DNA of 64,000 nt from Bdellovibrionota bacterium. Its GTDB lineage: Bacteria > Bdellovibrionota_C > UBA2361 > OMII01. Under the pieces are notes generated by a model. That model worked only from the letters and a program-made list of their open reading frames with translations, did no database searches and was not told where the DNA came from. Position 1 is the first letter of the stretch. Every line of letters starts with the position of its first letter. The translations under genes were made by a program, and so were the position numbers. The stretch is taken from assembly GCA_040398075.1 (NCBI GenBank), contig JBBAUR010000003.1, positions 4,660 through 68,659 of the forward strand, in the 5' to 3' direction. Of this stretch, positions 52,266-62,304 are shown piece after piece.

Positions 52266-53252
52266 ATGCTCCCGAGACGGGCTCTCCTCGCTGGCCTCCT
52301 CTATTCTGCTTGCCACATTCTGTGGGGTTGCTCTCTCAAGCCCTCCCAACCCCGGCCTTTACGCGATTGGTGCGATACCGGCTCTCTCACACCTCGGCAG
52401 CTGCCAGATTTTGTTGAAACGCTCTACACTGAGTTTCCCTCGATGAACGATTCTCGGGGCATCACTGCAACCACTACATATTCCTCTTCCGAATACTCCT
52501 CCAGCTCTCACATCGCAAATAGTCCGGATGGCTACCGCGTCGAGATCTCACTCGCACTTCCGAAGACCACGAAGGCCCTGGTTTTATTCACGTCGAACGG
52601 GGACCGCCTCGAAAGCGAGCCCTCGTCCATCCCGGAGGTAGTGCTCTTCCTCAGGAACGGGATCGGAGTTGCTGTAGCACATACGAGAGCCGCTGGAGTT
52701 TCCAGCAAAGGAGATGCCTCCCAAACGCACGCCGTGCAGGACCTCATAGCAGCCGCTCGTACCCTGCAAGGACTCGGCTACGCATCCCCCAGAAACCTCT
52801 TTATCAGGGCGGCTGGTAGTGGCGGGTGGACCGCTGCATCTGCGGCGATCGCGCGACCGGAACTCTTTCGAGGACTCATCCTGGAATCACCGGTGCTCGA
52901 TCTGGAGAATGTAGTGGCCGATCCAACCAGCTCTCTTTATCATCGCTACCTCGAGGCGTGGGGCGCATCCAGTGCGCGCTTGAGAGAACTTTCGCCAATG
53001 CAAGAGACTACAGATTTTCTGCCCCTGGATATTATGCTGATTGCATCCCTGACAGATCGGAGTCCTCATGCCCTTGGCAATTTCGAATGGTTACGGCGCA
53101 CAGCATGTAGGCATCCAGAACTTCGCTCGGTGCTCGCATTCACATCAGTCAAGTCTGCTGTTCCCGAAAGGGAGTTGTCCGCTACGGCGGGGCGCGGAAT
53201 ACTACCACAAGAGGTCTCGTTTGTACTCACGACGGTCCGGCGGCCACTTTAG
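52266..53252 (+). CDS. Secreted protein, possible alpha/beta-hydrolase (S9-like) C-terminal domain
   Basis: Start MLPRRALLAG (a hydrophobic signal), placed after the tRNA. The ORF-track start at 52167 overlaps the tRNA and is rejected. 'RAAGSGGWTAAS' is nucleophile-elbow-like but not a canonical GxSxG. Confidence 0.4.
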   Translation: MLPRRALLAGLLYSACHILWGCSLKPSQPRPLRDWCDTGSLTPRQLPDFVETLYTEFPSMNDSRGITATTTYSSSEYSSSSHIANSPDGYRVEISLALPKTTKALVLFTSNGDRLESEPSSIPEVVLFLRNGIGVAVAHTRAAGVSSKGDASQTHAVQDLIAAARTLQGLGYASPRNLFIRAAGSGGWTAASAAIARPELFRGLILESPVLDLENVVADPTSSLYHRYLEAWGASSARLRELSPMQETTDFLPLDIMLIASLTDRSPHALGNFEWLRRTACRHPELRSVLAFTSVKSAVPERELSATAGRGILPQEVSFVLTTVRRPL

Positions 53253-53452
53253 TGGAGCGAAGTAAAATCGGCGCTTCCGAGTTCGGTGTGAGTAAGTAAC
53301 AGGAGGCTCACGCGAAGGCTGTTGATTTTACCTAAAACGGAGACTAATCGAGGGTCTAAGGGCGAGCATTTACAAATACTGGCCTGCCTACGAGTGGGTC
53401 TTAGGGAAGGATCACGAGAGTTCTTGGACCGCAATCCTTCAATCGCAACTCC

Positions 53453-54016
53453 TCAAGGTTCGAAGCGTTCAGCTAGAAGATCCTCGATACCAGAGACATC
53501 AGTGCCGATATAGGTTACCACTCCCCGAGGATCGATGAGTACTGCCATCGGCACGAGCTCTCCGAAAAACTTCTGGTATGCCTCGTCAAAGATATCGTTC
53601 CCCGAGAAGATGTGAACTATGCTCTCGAGCTGCTGGCTAGAGATGCGACTTTTCAACGTTTCGAAATCTTCATTTCGATCCACGCTCACCGCAAAAAACC
53701 GTACGTTTGTCCGACGACGATAGGCTCGCGCCAAATCCTCGAAATCGGCGATAGCGCTCTTCGAATATCTGCACCAGGTGGCCCAGAACAACACCGCCAC
53801 ATACCGTCCTCGTTCAGCGCTGAGGGTTGTTTCCGACCCGTCGAGCATCATGAGTCTAGCGTCTGGAGCAGGTCGTCCAATCAGACTCGCAGCTTTTTCC
53901 GGAACAGAGGAACATGCTGCAACTTCGAGCAGCAAGCACACAAGCGTGCATCTTAAAAAGGATTGCACTCTGTTCATACTGTGGAACAGTAGAAGGCCGC
54001 GCACAAATGGTCTCAC
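53453..54016 (-). CDS. Thioredoxin-fold lipoprotein (TlpA/ResA-like, CxxS monothiol)
   Basis: 'AVLFWATWCRYSKSA' is a WCxxS motif and the lipobox-like 'LLEVAAC' follows the alternative start MNRVQ at 53977. An ATGA overlap with the kinase-like gene stop supports the 54016 start. Confidence 0.65.
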   Translation of the reverse strand: MRPFVRGLLLFHSMNRVQSFLRCTLVCLLLEVAACSSVPEKAASLIGRPAPDARLMMLDGSETTLSAERGRYVAVLFWATWCRYSKSAIADFEDLARAYRRRTNVRFFAVSVDRNEDFETLKSRISSQQLESIVHIFSGNDIFDEAYQKFFGELVPMAVLIDPRGVVTYIGTDVSGIEDLLAERFEP

Positions 54017-56400
54017 CGATTGACTCGCTCTCTTATAGTACTGATATGTTTTTCGTATGCTGCTCGCACTACCGGATCAGTTTCTACTGCGTACGAATCT
54101 GCTAATATTTTGAGTATGCCTACGTCGTTTGCGGAGCTCAAAGCTTCGACTACAACTGCGCGGACCAGCGGATCCGACTGTCCGACGAGCTCCAGCAGCT
54201 GTGTGCGATCAATCAGGGAATTGTATCTTTTTATGACCTCCCGCACGGCCCGAGATGAAGGCCCCTTCAAAACAACTCGAACAAGGTCTCTGCTTTTAGG
54301 TAAGCCATTTAATCCGTCGAACGCACCACTGAAAACACTATCAGGTAGCACATTTTCCAGGGCTAGAGCCGCTACTATACGCCCTACGAGCGCTCTATCA
54401 GCGTAGTACGTTGAACGCACATAATCATATAGACCTGAGATACCGGGGGCCAGAAGCGGCTTGGCTGCCAGCGCATCGAAGGCCCGTGCCCCGAGTTCGG
54501 GATCTTTGCTTATGACGACGAGCGCCCACAAAACCTTCTCGGCATCCGAATCATACCAGCCGGCAAAACTCACTACCTCCGCCTTGGCGGCTCTTCCCAT
54601 CGCACATGTAACGAGGCTTACCTGCACGCGAGCCGGAATACTTGCTTTTCTAGTTAGAATTTCCAGGAAGAGCTTCGCCTCTGTAGGTACAATCTCGCGA
54701 GCCAGCGCCCGCTCCGAGATCCTCTTGACTCCCGGGAATTGCCGCTTCGCTAACTCCGCAAGTAACCAAAGAACATCCCTATCGTGGAGCGATGAGGGCT
54801 CTACCAATATATCTTCGATGTAGAGCGTCGATACCTCGGGAATCACAAGCATCAGGGCACCTACCGAGCGATCACTCACAGCGGAGGGATCCTCCCGAAG
54901 TGAAGCCGCCGCGCCTGAAACAAATACAGGCCGAAAAGCATCCAGTTGCTTCAGATCAAGCGCGAGGGCCGCTGCAAATCCGATGCTTGCTCTCGGATCT
55001 TCCGCTCTGAGCGCCTCCAACAGCTCGATTCGCGTGACAGTGGGCAGCGCTGGGTCGAGTAGGCGCAGAAACGTGCCCGACTTAGTACCGCGTTGTGGCG
55101 CTGACGACTCACTTTTACCCCATGCCCGAACATAATCGGACGCACGGACTAGTCCACTTCGACGAGCGCGCGTGAGGAGACTATCCCATACCTTGAGCGC
55201 GGTCTGATCGGAGTCCGATTCTTTGAACATGCGAACGAGGATGTCGTGAGCAAGAGGATCTCCCGACATTACCAGTTGATCGATGTATTCATTCCTTGCA
55301 CCCTGTGTCTCCTCTACGAGCAAGGCTTCGCTAACGTCGCCGGGGCGCATCTCAAGAGCTCCCAAATTATCCTTGCTGGGGAAAACCGATGTGCCTTCGA
55401 AGCCCATCCACAGACCAACGCCTATCAGAAAGATCACGAGAGCTACCTTTAGTAGCCTTACCATACTCGGCCCCGAGGGTTCGACGACAGGCTGCTTCTC
55501 CTTGGCGCTACCCGGTAGTGCATGGAGCGAAATCGCCACAGCTGAGGCAGCTGTGCGTGCTGGCGGCGAACTGACTTGCGTCTCGACTTTTGCCGGCAAG
55601 CTGTCTCGAACCACGGCATTCTCTTTCCATTGGGTTATCGCCTGCAGCAGGTCAGCAGCAGTCTGTGGCCTCTCACCTGGAGAGGGACTGAGGGCCTTCT
55701 CGAGCACATCATCAATCCATTCAGGTGCCGACCCGTTGAGCGCATGTGGCTTATGCGTCAATTTTTCGGACTCATTGAATCGAGGATACTCACCAGTGAA
55801 GAGTCGATACCCTATGACGCCAAGCGCAAAGATATCGGTTGCACTAGTGCACTCGTTCGCTTTACGTTGCTCAGGTGCAACGCACTTCATCCAGTCGCCT
55901 GCATCATCGGTAGCTGTATGATTGGTTTGCTCGAATATTCCCCACCCAGCGAATATCTTCATGGCACCGAAGCGATCTAGAAGAAACGACTGCAGGCAGA
56001 GGTCGCCACAAGCGATGTTATGAGCATGTAGTTTTGCGACAAGGCGAACGACTGCCACATAACGTCGCTCTACTTCGACAAGCTCTGGTGACTCTTCGCC
56101 CAAGACAGCCCCATCGAGTAAAGGTAAAACCACAAAAGCTGTGCCAGCACCATCAACTCCGAATGAAGAGATCTCGGTGATTTGAGAGAGTTGTCCAGCT
56201 CGAGAGGCAAAAACAGGGACTTGATCCGGCTTAAGTGGAGCCTTGAATATAACGAGGCCTACACTTTGTCTTCGAAACTTGTCGAGAGCCTTAAATACAT
56301 CGACGATTCGGGTAGAGGCTATCTTGTTTTCGACTACGAAGTAGTCCGAAACAATCCCGGATAATCTAGACATCACTGGAGAGGTAGAAGCCATAATCAA
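54013..56400 (-). CDS. Ser/Thr protein kinase-fold protein with degenerate catalytic motifs (likely pseudokinase) and C-terminal HEAT/ARM-like repeats
   Basis: Kinase fold recognisable: 'VGLVIFKAP' (VAIK Lys), 'WMKCVAPE' (APE) and 'DIFALGVIGYRLFTG'. The catalytic loop reads 'HNIACGDLCLQSFLL' instead of HRDLKPxN, 'AGW' replaces DFG, and there is no Gly-rich loop. The C-terminal roughly 450 aa are helical repeats. Confidence 0.7.
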   Translation of the reverse strand: MIMASTSPVMSRLSGIVSDYFVVENKIASTRIVDVFKALDKFRRQSVGLVIFKAPLKPDQVPVFASRAGQLSQITEISSFGVDGAGTAFVVLPLLDGAVLGEESPELVEVERRYVAVVRLVAKLHAHNIACGDLCLQSFLLDRFGAMKIFAGWGIFEQTNHTATDDAGDWMKCVAPEQRKANECTSATDIFALGVIGYRLFTGEYPRFNESEKLTHKPHALNGSAPEWIDDVLEKALSPSPGERPQTAADLLQAITQWKENAVVRDSLPAKVETQVSSPPARTAASAVAISLHALPGSAKEKQPVVEPSGPSMVRLLKVALVIFLIGVGLWMGFEGTSVFPSKDNLGALEMRPGDVSEALLVEETQGARNEYIDQLVMSGDPLAHDILVRMFKESDSDQTALKVWDSLLTRARRSGLVRASDYVRAWGKSESSAPQRGTKSGTFLRLLDPALPTVTRIELLEALRAEDPRASIGFAAALALDLKQLDAFRPVFVSGAAASLREDPSAVSDRSVGALMLVIPEVSTLYIEDILVEPSSLHDRDVLWLLAELAKRQFPGVKRISERALAREIVPTEAKLFLEILTRKASIPARVQVSLVTCAMGRAAKAEVVSFAGWYDSDAEKVLWALVVISKDPELGARAFDALAAKPLLAPGISGLYDYVRSTYYADRALVGRIVAALALENVLPDSVFSGAFDGLNGLPKSRDLVRVVLKGPSSRAVREVIKRYNSLIDRTQLLELVGQSDPLVRAVVVEALSSANDVGILKILADSYAVETDPVVRAAYEKHISTIRERVNR

Positions 56401-56422
56401 TATTCACATTGCTTATTCAGCG

Positions 56423-58618
56423 TTATCGTGAAGCCAACTCCCAAGTTCCAATCTGCTCCACCGGTATCACAGGATCGAGCTCCTCATAGCTTACGACAAA
56501 TAGTGGGCGAGCCAATCCCCGTGCCAATGATAGCACCTTATCTCGAATTTCACTGCTGCACAGTATCGCAACCGGCACCGTGCCAAATTCGAACACCGAC
56601 TTCAGAACAGATTGAAGTCCTAAAGACAGTGCTTCAAAGGTACTACCCTCGATAGCAAGCGGGAGTCCAGATTCCGAAATTTCGGCCTGCTGCAGAGCCT
56701 GTTCAACGTCAGCAGATAGACCGAGAACCCGCACGCCTCTGGAGGCTCCTAGATAGCGGCGAAGGATCTGACGCTTTCGATGCGTACGGATAAACTGCAC
56801 TGCTCGTGTAACATCGATGTTACTGTCTTGTCCCAAGGAAATCCCGAAACTCGCGCAGTAGGAGGCGACGCTTTCGAGAATCGCCCGGAAGTCTCTGATA
56901 CTTACGCCTTGTCGAACTAGCTCGTGAAGTATCTCTGTAAGAGCTGGTACAGATACGAACTCCTTGCCGAACCCCTCTGCAATCAATCCAGGATGCTTCT
57001 TTTCAACCTGACGCAGCAGAGAGTGAACATCCGTCACCGAAAGAAACTCCTCGGGATGTCGAAGACAAAAACTGCCTACGCGAAGTCCGACATATTCAAA
57101 GAAATCAAAGCTCCGAATCGAGGCCAATTCCAACATCTTGCGCACACCCGGGGTATTACGACACCAGAACACCCTGTTACCGGATATGGGATGGTCCTCC
57201 TCCAGTAAGACATGGAGACCGAGTACTGTAGCCTGAAAACTCGCAATCTCTACGAGTAGCGCGTCGGTCAGAACCGGCCCAGCAACCATCTCCACCCCTG
57301 AACTCGTCACGCGATACGATGAAGAGGGCAGAAGCTCATCCGAGACTACGTGAATATCGGGTAATCTTACCCCCACGTCGGCAAAGAAATCGGCCTGGAA
57401 GGATCGCCACCACGACATCCATTTACCAGGATTCGAACGGTAAGAGCGGTAGAGAACTCCGCTATCGAGCATGAGGGAAAGGCCTGAGTCCTCGAGCTCT
57501 CCTTCTCTCAAGTTAACTGACGACAACGATGGCAAGCCGTCCAAACGACCATACATCCCAGAAGCTAACTCCATGCTCGAAGAATGTCCGCGTCGTCTGT
57601 GAGCTACTATTCCAATCGCCCACGCCAACAGTGCTACTACTACGAAGGGGAAGGCGGGCACTCCTGGTAGCAGCGCAAAAATCATTAGGACGGCCCCGGT
57701 GATGAGCAAAGTAACTGGCTGAGAAAAAAGTTGTTCCCGTAGATCGGAGCTTAACGTCGAAACGTCCGCAGAGGATACACGAGTGACTATGATACCGGCG
57801 CAGATTGAGGTCAGCAGGCCGGGTATCTGCGTTACTAGCCCATCCCCCACGGTGAGCACCGTGTACGACTGCACTGCATCGACCAGAGGCATTCCTCCAG
57901 ACAATCCCATGTACACACCACCTATGATGTTGGTGAGGATGATAAAGAACCCTGCCACTGCATCACCCTGAACAAACTTCATTGCGCCGTCCATGGAGCC
58001 GTACAACTGTGAGTCTCGCCTCAACTCGTCTCTTTTCCGACGAGCTTCATCAGCCGAGATCACCCCCGAACGAGCATCGTTGTCGATCGCAGTCTGTTTC
58101 CCGGGCAGAGAGTCCAATGCAAATCGAGCTGCTACCTCCGATACGCGACTTGCTCCCTTCGATATGACGATAAAATTCACAATCGTCACAATCGTAAAAA
58201 TGATGATTCCCACCACCACTTCGCCACGAATGAGGAAGGTTCCAAAAGATTCAATTACTCGTCCTGCGTCTCCCTGGCTCAAGATCAGTCGAGATGAAGC
58301 CACATTGAGACCCAATCGGAACAGGGTGCTCAGAAGAAGAATGGTGGGAAAGGTGTACAACGCCGCAGAGTTCGGAAGATACAAACCCACCAGGAGCAGC
58401 AAGATCGAGAAGGATATGTTGATGACTAGCAGTACGTCTAGGAGCATCGTCGGAAGGGGTACGATGAGCATCGCCGTGATAGCGACGACCAGAGCAACCA
58501 AAACGACATCGGCGTACCGAAGTCTTCCGTTCATTACGATAGCCTCAACCTTTATCCCCATCTGAACTCGGCCACAGCGATAGCTCCTCACCTCGACGCG
58601 GCGACCATGTAACGCCAC
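56423..58618 (-). CDS. flhA: FHIPEP-family export gate protein (FlhA/SctV homolog), full length
   Basis: TM domain with 'FRLGLNVASSRLIL', 'FALDSLPGKQTAIDNDARSGVI' and 'YGSMDGAMKFVQGDAVAG', plus the cytoplasmic domain hallmark 'VSIRDFRAILESVASY'. 731 aa. Lies 6 bp after tadC, 23 bp before the kinase-like gene. Confidence 0.85.
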   Translation of the reverse strand: MALHGRRVEVRSYRCGRVQMGIKVEAIVMNGRLRYADVVLVALVVAITAMLIVPLPTMLLDVLLVINISFSILLLLVGLYLPNSAALYTFPTILLLSTLFRLGLNVASSRLILSQGDAGRVIESFGTFLIRGEVVVGIIIFTIVTIVNFIVISKGASRVSEVAARFALDSLPGKQTAIDNDARSGVISADEARRKRDELRRDSQLYGSMDGAMKFVQGDAVAGFFIILTNIIGGVYMGLSGGMPLVDAVQSYTVLTVGDGLVTQIPGLLTSICAGIIVTRVSSADVSTLSSDLREQLFSQPVTLLITGAVLMIFALLPGVPAFPFVVVALLAWAIGIVAHRRRGHSSSMELASGMYGRLDGLPSLSSVNLREGELEDSGLSLMLDSGVLYRSYRSNPGKWMSWWRSFQADFFADVGVRLPDIHVVSDELLPSSSYRVTSSGVEMVAGPVLTDALLVEIASFQATVLGLHVLLEEDHPISGNRVFWCRNTPGVRKMLELASIRSFDFFEYVGLRVGSFCLRHPEEFLSVTDVHSLLRQVEKKHPGLIAEGFGKEFVSVPALTEILHELVRQGVSIRDFRAILESVASYCASFGISLGQDSNIDVTRAVQFIRTHRKRQILRRYLGASRGVRVLGLSADVEQALQQAEISESGLPLAIEGSTFEALSLGLQSVLKSVFEFGTVPVAILCSSEIRDKVLSLARGLARPLFVVSYEELDPVIPVEQIGTWELASR

Positions 58619-58624
58619 AGTAAA

Positions 58625-59545
58625 TCACAACGCTGTGAGAATCTGTAGAAGGAATCCGATCAGTAAAATAACGAGGTAGCCGAAAAATACCAAAGCAACC
58701 GGCGCCGTCGCTTCGAGCTCCAATTTCTTTATTTTAGCCTCTATCTTCGTTTCTCGTTGCGCCGAAACAGCATCCGCGAGCTCTTGAAGTTGCTTCGATA
58801 CCTCACCACCGAACTTCGCTACCTGCGCAAGCGCCATAAAAGCATGTTTGAGTTCAACCTGTCCGGAGAGCTTACCCACCTCTGTCAGGGCCTCTTCGAG
58901 ACCTACGCCTGACTTGATATGATACTGAGCATATCGAACTAATTCCGTAACGGCGTTATGACTATCCCTCTCATCTGCCATCTGAACCACACGCGACAAA
59001 CACGGACCTATGTCGAGCGAGCTACTGACTCCGATTGAAATTTGCTCGATGACGAGCGGAAGATAGAAGAGGATGTCTTCGGCTCGTTGTTTCATGCGCC
59101 TCTCGAGAATTCTGAATGGGATGTAGAACCCTGCGAGCAGGCCGATGAGTGCAGCAAGCATCCCGAATTGCCACCCTGATGCGGACCAACCAAAGCCAGC
59201 AAGAACGACAGAGCCGACCGCCGGCAAGAGGATCCGCAGCCTTTGGAAGTCCTTCCGTTGTCTCTCGGTGAAAAGCCCCGCTCTGAACATCTTCTCCTGC
59301 AGCGTAGGCTCAGAGCTTTTTTTGAGTGACTTACGCGTCGCTGCTTTGACCTTCTCGAGCTGCTCTCCAGTCTCGTCATTCTCGATCGACTCACGTAGGT
59401 CAGCATTCGGAGAAACTACAACTCGTGAGCCCATCAAAGAGCGATAGTCGACTTTGGGCGTCGTAAAGAGCATCCAGACCAGCAAGCCAAGGGAGAGCGC
59501 GCCACCAATTCCGGCCACAAGCGGTATTAATGAGGACAGTTCCAT
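58625..59545 (-). CDS. tadC: Tad/Flp pilus assembly inner-membrane platform protein TadC-like (T2SSF domain)
   Basis: 306 aa with N-terminal and central TM helices and a T2SSF-type cytoplasmic domain. Follows tadB with a 4-bp gap. Confidence 0.75.
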   Translation of the reverse strand: MELSSLIPLVAGIGGALSLGLLVWMLFTTPKVDYRSLMGSRVVVSPNADLRESIENDETGEQLEKVKAATRKSLKKSSEPTLQEKMFRAGLFTERQRKDFQRLRILLPAVGSVVLAGFGWSASGWQFGMLAALIGLLAGFYIPFRILERRMKQRAEDILFYLPLVIEQISIGVSSSLDIGPCLSRVVQMADERDSHNAVTELVRYAQYHIKSGVGLEEALTEVGKLSGQVELKHAFMALAQVAKFGGEVSKQLQELADAVSAQRETKIEAKIKKLELEATAPVALVFFGYLVILLIGFLLQILTAL

Positions 59546-59549
59546 CGTA

Positions 59550-60548
59550 TTACACCTTGATCTTGGTCACTTGCCGTACCCAGAACAATCCGAGAATGAT
59601 TCCAATCAAGCCAGCTTGGCAAACAGGACGCCCTATCGGGTGTGTCCACGGGACAGTTACGCACGCAGGCCAGCTGATATACAAGTAACCTTCGAGAGCG
59701 GCTAAAATGGCGAGAATGAACCATATGGAACCTCGCTGGAGCCCGACTGCTGCCACCGCAGACTTTCGGAAGTACTGTCGCTTGCGAACCTGCCTCGAAA
59801 GGCGGTCAAGTGTGTCCGAGAGATTTCCGCCGACACGCCGACTCAGGATGAGCGCTTGTACGAACAACTCTATCTCCGGATGGTAAATATCTTCGCCGAA
59901 TGACCCCACGGAGCGCTCTTCTGGGACACCGAGTTTCAAGCGTTCGAGCATAAGCTGAACCTCGGACCTAACCAGCGATGTTTCCTCGAGCCCCTCTGCT
60001 GCTGACTGTAGGCCCTGAATTGGGTTGAGTCCGGTCTTCAAAAGACCCGCAAGTGACAGCAAAAATTGCGGGTAATCAGCATCGAACTGGTTGAATCGAC
60101 GATCCATCTTCATGGTCAGGAGCCAGTTCATGAAGAGGGGTCCAGTCAATAGCGACATAAACTGCAACACGACATCAAAGTACTGTCGTGTGATCAGAAA
60201 TGCGCCGAGGCTTAGAAGAATTTGGGCTAGGCTGAATGCGAAGGGGGGGATGTGTGTGAGCTGCGAGTACTTCAACCTTTTGCGCAAAGTGAGAACGGTA
60301 TCAGCAACTTTTTCAACGGCTTCGTTCTCTTCGAGCGCGTTGACGAATCGCTTCCCCGCAGCCAAATTCGCCGTCTCCGTGCTGACATCCGCGGAGGCTC
60401 GCTGAGCCGAAGAGATCGAGCGCATCTGTTGCCTCCATGAGCTATTTGCTAAGAAGGTACCAACAATTTGGCCGGAGAAAAGAAACGCGACTGCCGCCCC
60501 GACCACCAAGACCGCTCCGATAATCAGAACCAAAGAGAGTGTACTCAT
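59550..60548 (-). CDS. tadB: Tad/Flp pilus assembly platform protein TadB-like (T2SSF domain)
   Basis: 332 aa with T2SSF-family topology. Directly downstream of cpaF. A C7 run lies in the CDS. Confidence 0.75.
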   Translation of the reverse strand: MSTLSLVLIIGAVLVVGAAVAFLFSGQIVGTFLANSSWRQQMRSISSAQRASADVSTETANLAAGKRFVNALEENEAVEKVADTVLTLRKRLKYSQLTHIPPFAFSLAQILLSLGAFLITRQYFDVVLQFMSLLTGPLFMNWLLTMKMDRRFNQFDADYPQFLLSLAGLLKTGLNPIQGLQSAAEGLEETSLVRSEVQLMLERLKLGVPEERSVGSFGEDIYHPEIELFVQALILSRRVGGNLSDTLDRLSRQVRKRQYFRKSAVAAVGLQRGSIWFILAILAALEGYLYISWPACVTVPWTHPIGRPVCQAGLIGIILGLFWVRQVTKIKV

Positions 60549-60559
60549 ACCCTTTCCTG

Positions 60560-62077
60560 TCAGCCCTTGGTCGAATTTGACACGCCAGCCTGGGCGGGCC
60601 CACTGATTGAGATCTCTTGTGGTGAATCCCCGAGATGAATTCCTGATGCTTTCAGCTGTTCATCGAAGTTACTCGACCACGAATCGACCCTCCATACCGG
60701 TCGATTTCCCTGCTTGATCTGAGTGAACATGGGACGTACCTGTATGACTCCCTCAACGAAATGACCAACCTCTATAATCTCTGCTACTCGTGGCTTACCG
60801 GTTGCTTTCTCGCGCACTAACCAAACTACCGAATCGACCGCAAGGGCAATTTGTTGACGAATGATGTCAATTGCTACCGACTTCTGCGCACGTCCTAGGA
60901 GGCTCTCCAAGCGGACCAAGGTCTCACGCGCGTTTCGAGCATGTACGGTCGACATCCCTACATGGCCGGTCTGCGCACTTTCGAGAAACGCCTCGGCTGC
61001 AAACGGCGTGCGCATCTCTCCCAACAGTACACGGGTTGGGGTCATACGAAGAGTGGTTTTGATGTGCTCCTGCAGGGTCACCTCACCGACTCCCTCAGCA
61101 TTCGGAGGTCTCGATACCAACGACCGAAAGTAGGGGTGGGTAAAGTTAAGCTCAGGGGTATCCTCTACGGCTACAATTGATTCGTCAGGTCCGAACTGCG
61201 TGGCGAGACACTTAATTAATGTCGTTTTTCCTGTTCCAGTCTCGCCTGCCACCATCATCGTCGCAAGTCCGCTACGTACCAGGCACGCGAGGTAATTCAC
61301 TATCAGCGGTGGTGCCACCTGATACGTGATGAGATTTTCCAAGCTGACCTCTGACATACGCGGCACTCGGATACAGAGAAGAGGACCACGCTGACCGCAT
61401 ACACTCTCGTGAACTGCACACAATCGCGTACCGTTTGGAAAGGAGGCATCAACTGTATGCTGCTGTGTCGTGAGTGACTTCCCTAACCGCAGAAGCATTC
61501 GGTCGATGAAGGTCACGTAAGATTGATGATTGGGCCAGTGTAGCCCCGTTGTTTCGCTTACTTTTCCTCTTTGGAGAACAACAGTCTTGTAGTCGTAGAC
61601 GTGAATATCGGTCACCTCACGATTGTCGATGAGCGGCTGAAGCACACCCCATCCCATGAGGTCCTTTTGGAGATGGATGATGACGTTGGCCCGCTCTATG
61701 TCGTCGAGTGCATCCCCTCGTTTTTTGAGAACACGATCGACTGCAGCAGCGATTGCAGTTTCTGCCATCGCGGAGTTGTTCATCTGCTGCTGCATATTGT
61801 AATCGCTACCGAGCTCTCGTCGTGCATCGCGCATGACCGCTGAAGCAAGTGCGGACATCTCGGAGCCACGACTCGCCGAAGCGCCAGAACCCCCAGAGCC
61901 GAATGTATTCGTAGAGGTCGCAGTCGAGGATGATTGCGGAGTCACTGAGCCAGGCAGCGCAGTGCTGGATTGGCCTAACGCTGGCCGCGTTATATCAAGT
62001 TGCGTACGATGGTGAGTCGTGCGCGTCGAGAACATCCCAAGGAGTCCATCTTTTTCATCCTTGCTTGAACCCGCCAT
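60560..62077 (-). CDS. cpaF: Tad/Flp pilus assembly ATPase CpaF/TadA (with S/T-rich N-terminal extension)
   Basis: Walker A 'VAGETGTGKTTLIKCL', 'AVEDTPEL', His box 'TVHARNARET' and Asp box. The N-terminal 90 aa are low-complexity Ser/Thr/Gly-rich. Confidence 0.9.
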   Translation of the reverse strand: MAGSSKDEKDGLLGMFSTRTTHHRTQLDITRPALGQSSTALPGSVTPQSSSTATSTNTFGSGGSGASASRGSEMSALASAVMRDARRELGSDYNMQQQMNNSAMAETAIAAAVDRVLKKRGDALDDIERANVIIHLQKDLMGWGVLQPLIDNREVTDIHVYDYKTVVLQRGKVSETTGLHWPNHQSYVTFIDRMLLRLGKSLTTQQHTVDASFPNGTRLCAVHESVCGQRGPLLCIRVPRMSEVSLENLITYQVAPPLIVNYLACLVRSGLATMMVAGETGTGKTTLIKCLATQFGPDESIVAVEDTPELNFTHPYFRSLVSRPPNAEGVGEVTLQEHIKTTLRMTPTRVLLGEMRTPFAAEAFLESAQTGHVGMSTVHARNARETLVRLESLLGRAQKSVAIDIIRQQIALAVDSVVWLVREKATGKPRVAEIIEVGHFVEGVIQVRPMFTQIKQGNRPVWRVDSWSSNFDEQLKASGIHLGDSPQEISISGPAQAGVSNSTKG

Positions 62078-62304
62078 ATCCGAAATCTCCCATCCATACG
62101 CAGCCGACCGAACTAGTTTCGATGTGCTGCCGCCATAGTCGATTTATGCACAACCTGCACTCCAGGACGTTTGAGATGTCCCTTCCGAGCGACCTAAGGA
62201 GGCCACCTGCTTCCGTAGATGTTGCCTCTCCGAAGGGATCTATCGGATGAGTTTCGTGATTGTATTAGACTATTTCGAACTAATCGAGACTCTGGCGATG
62301 CAGA

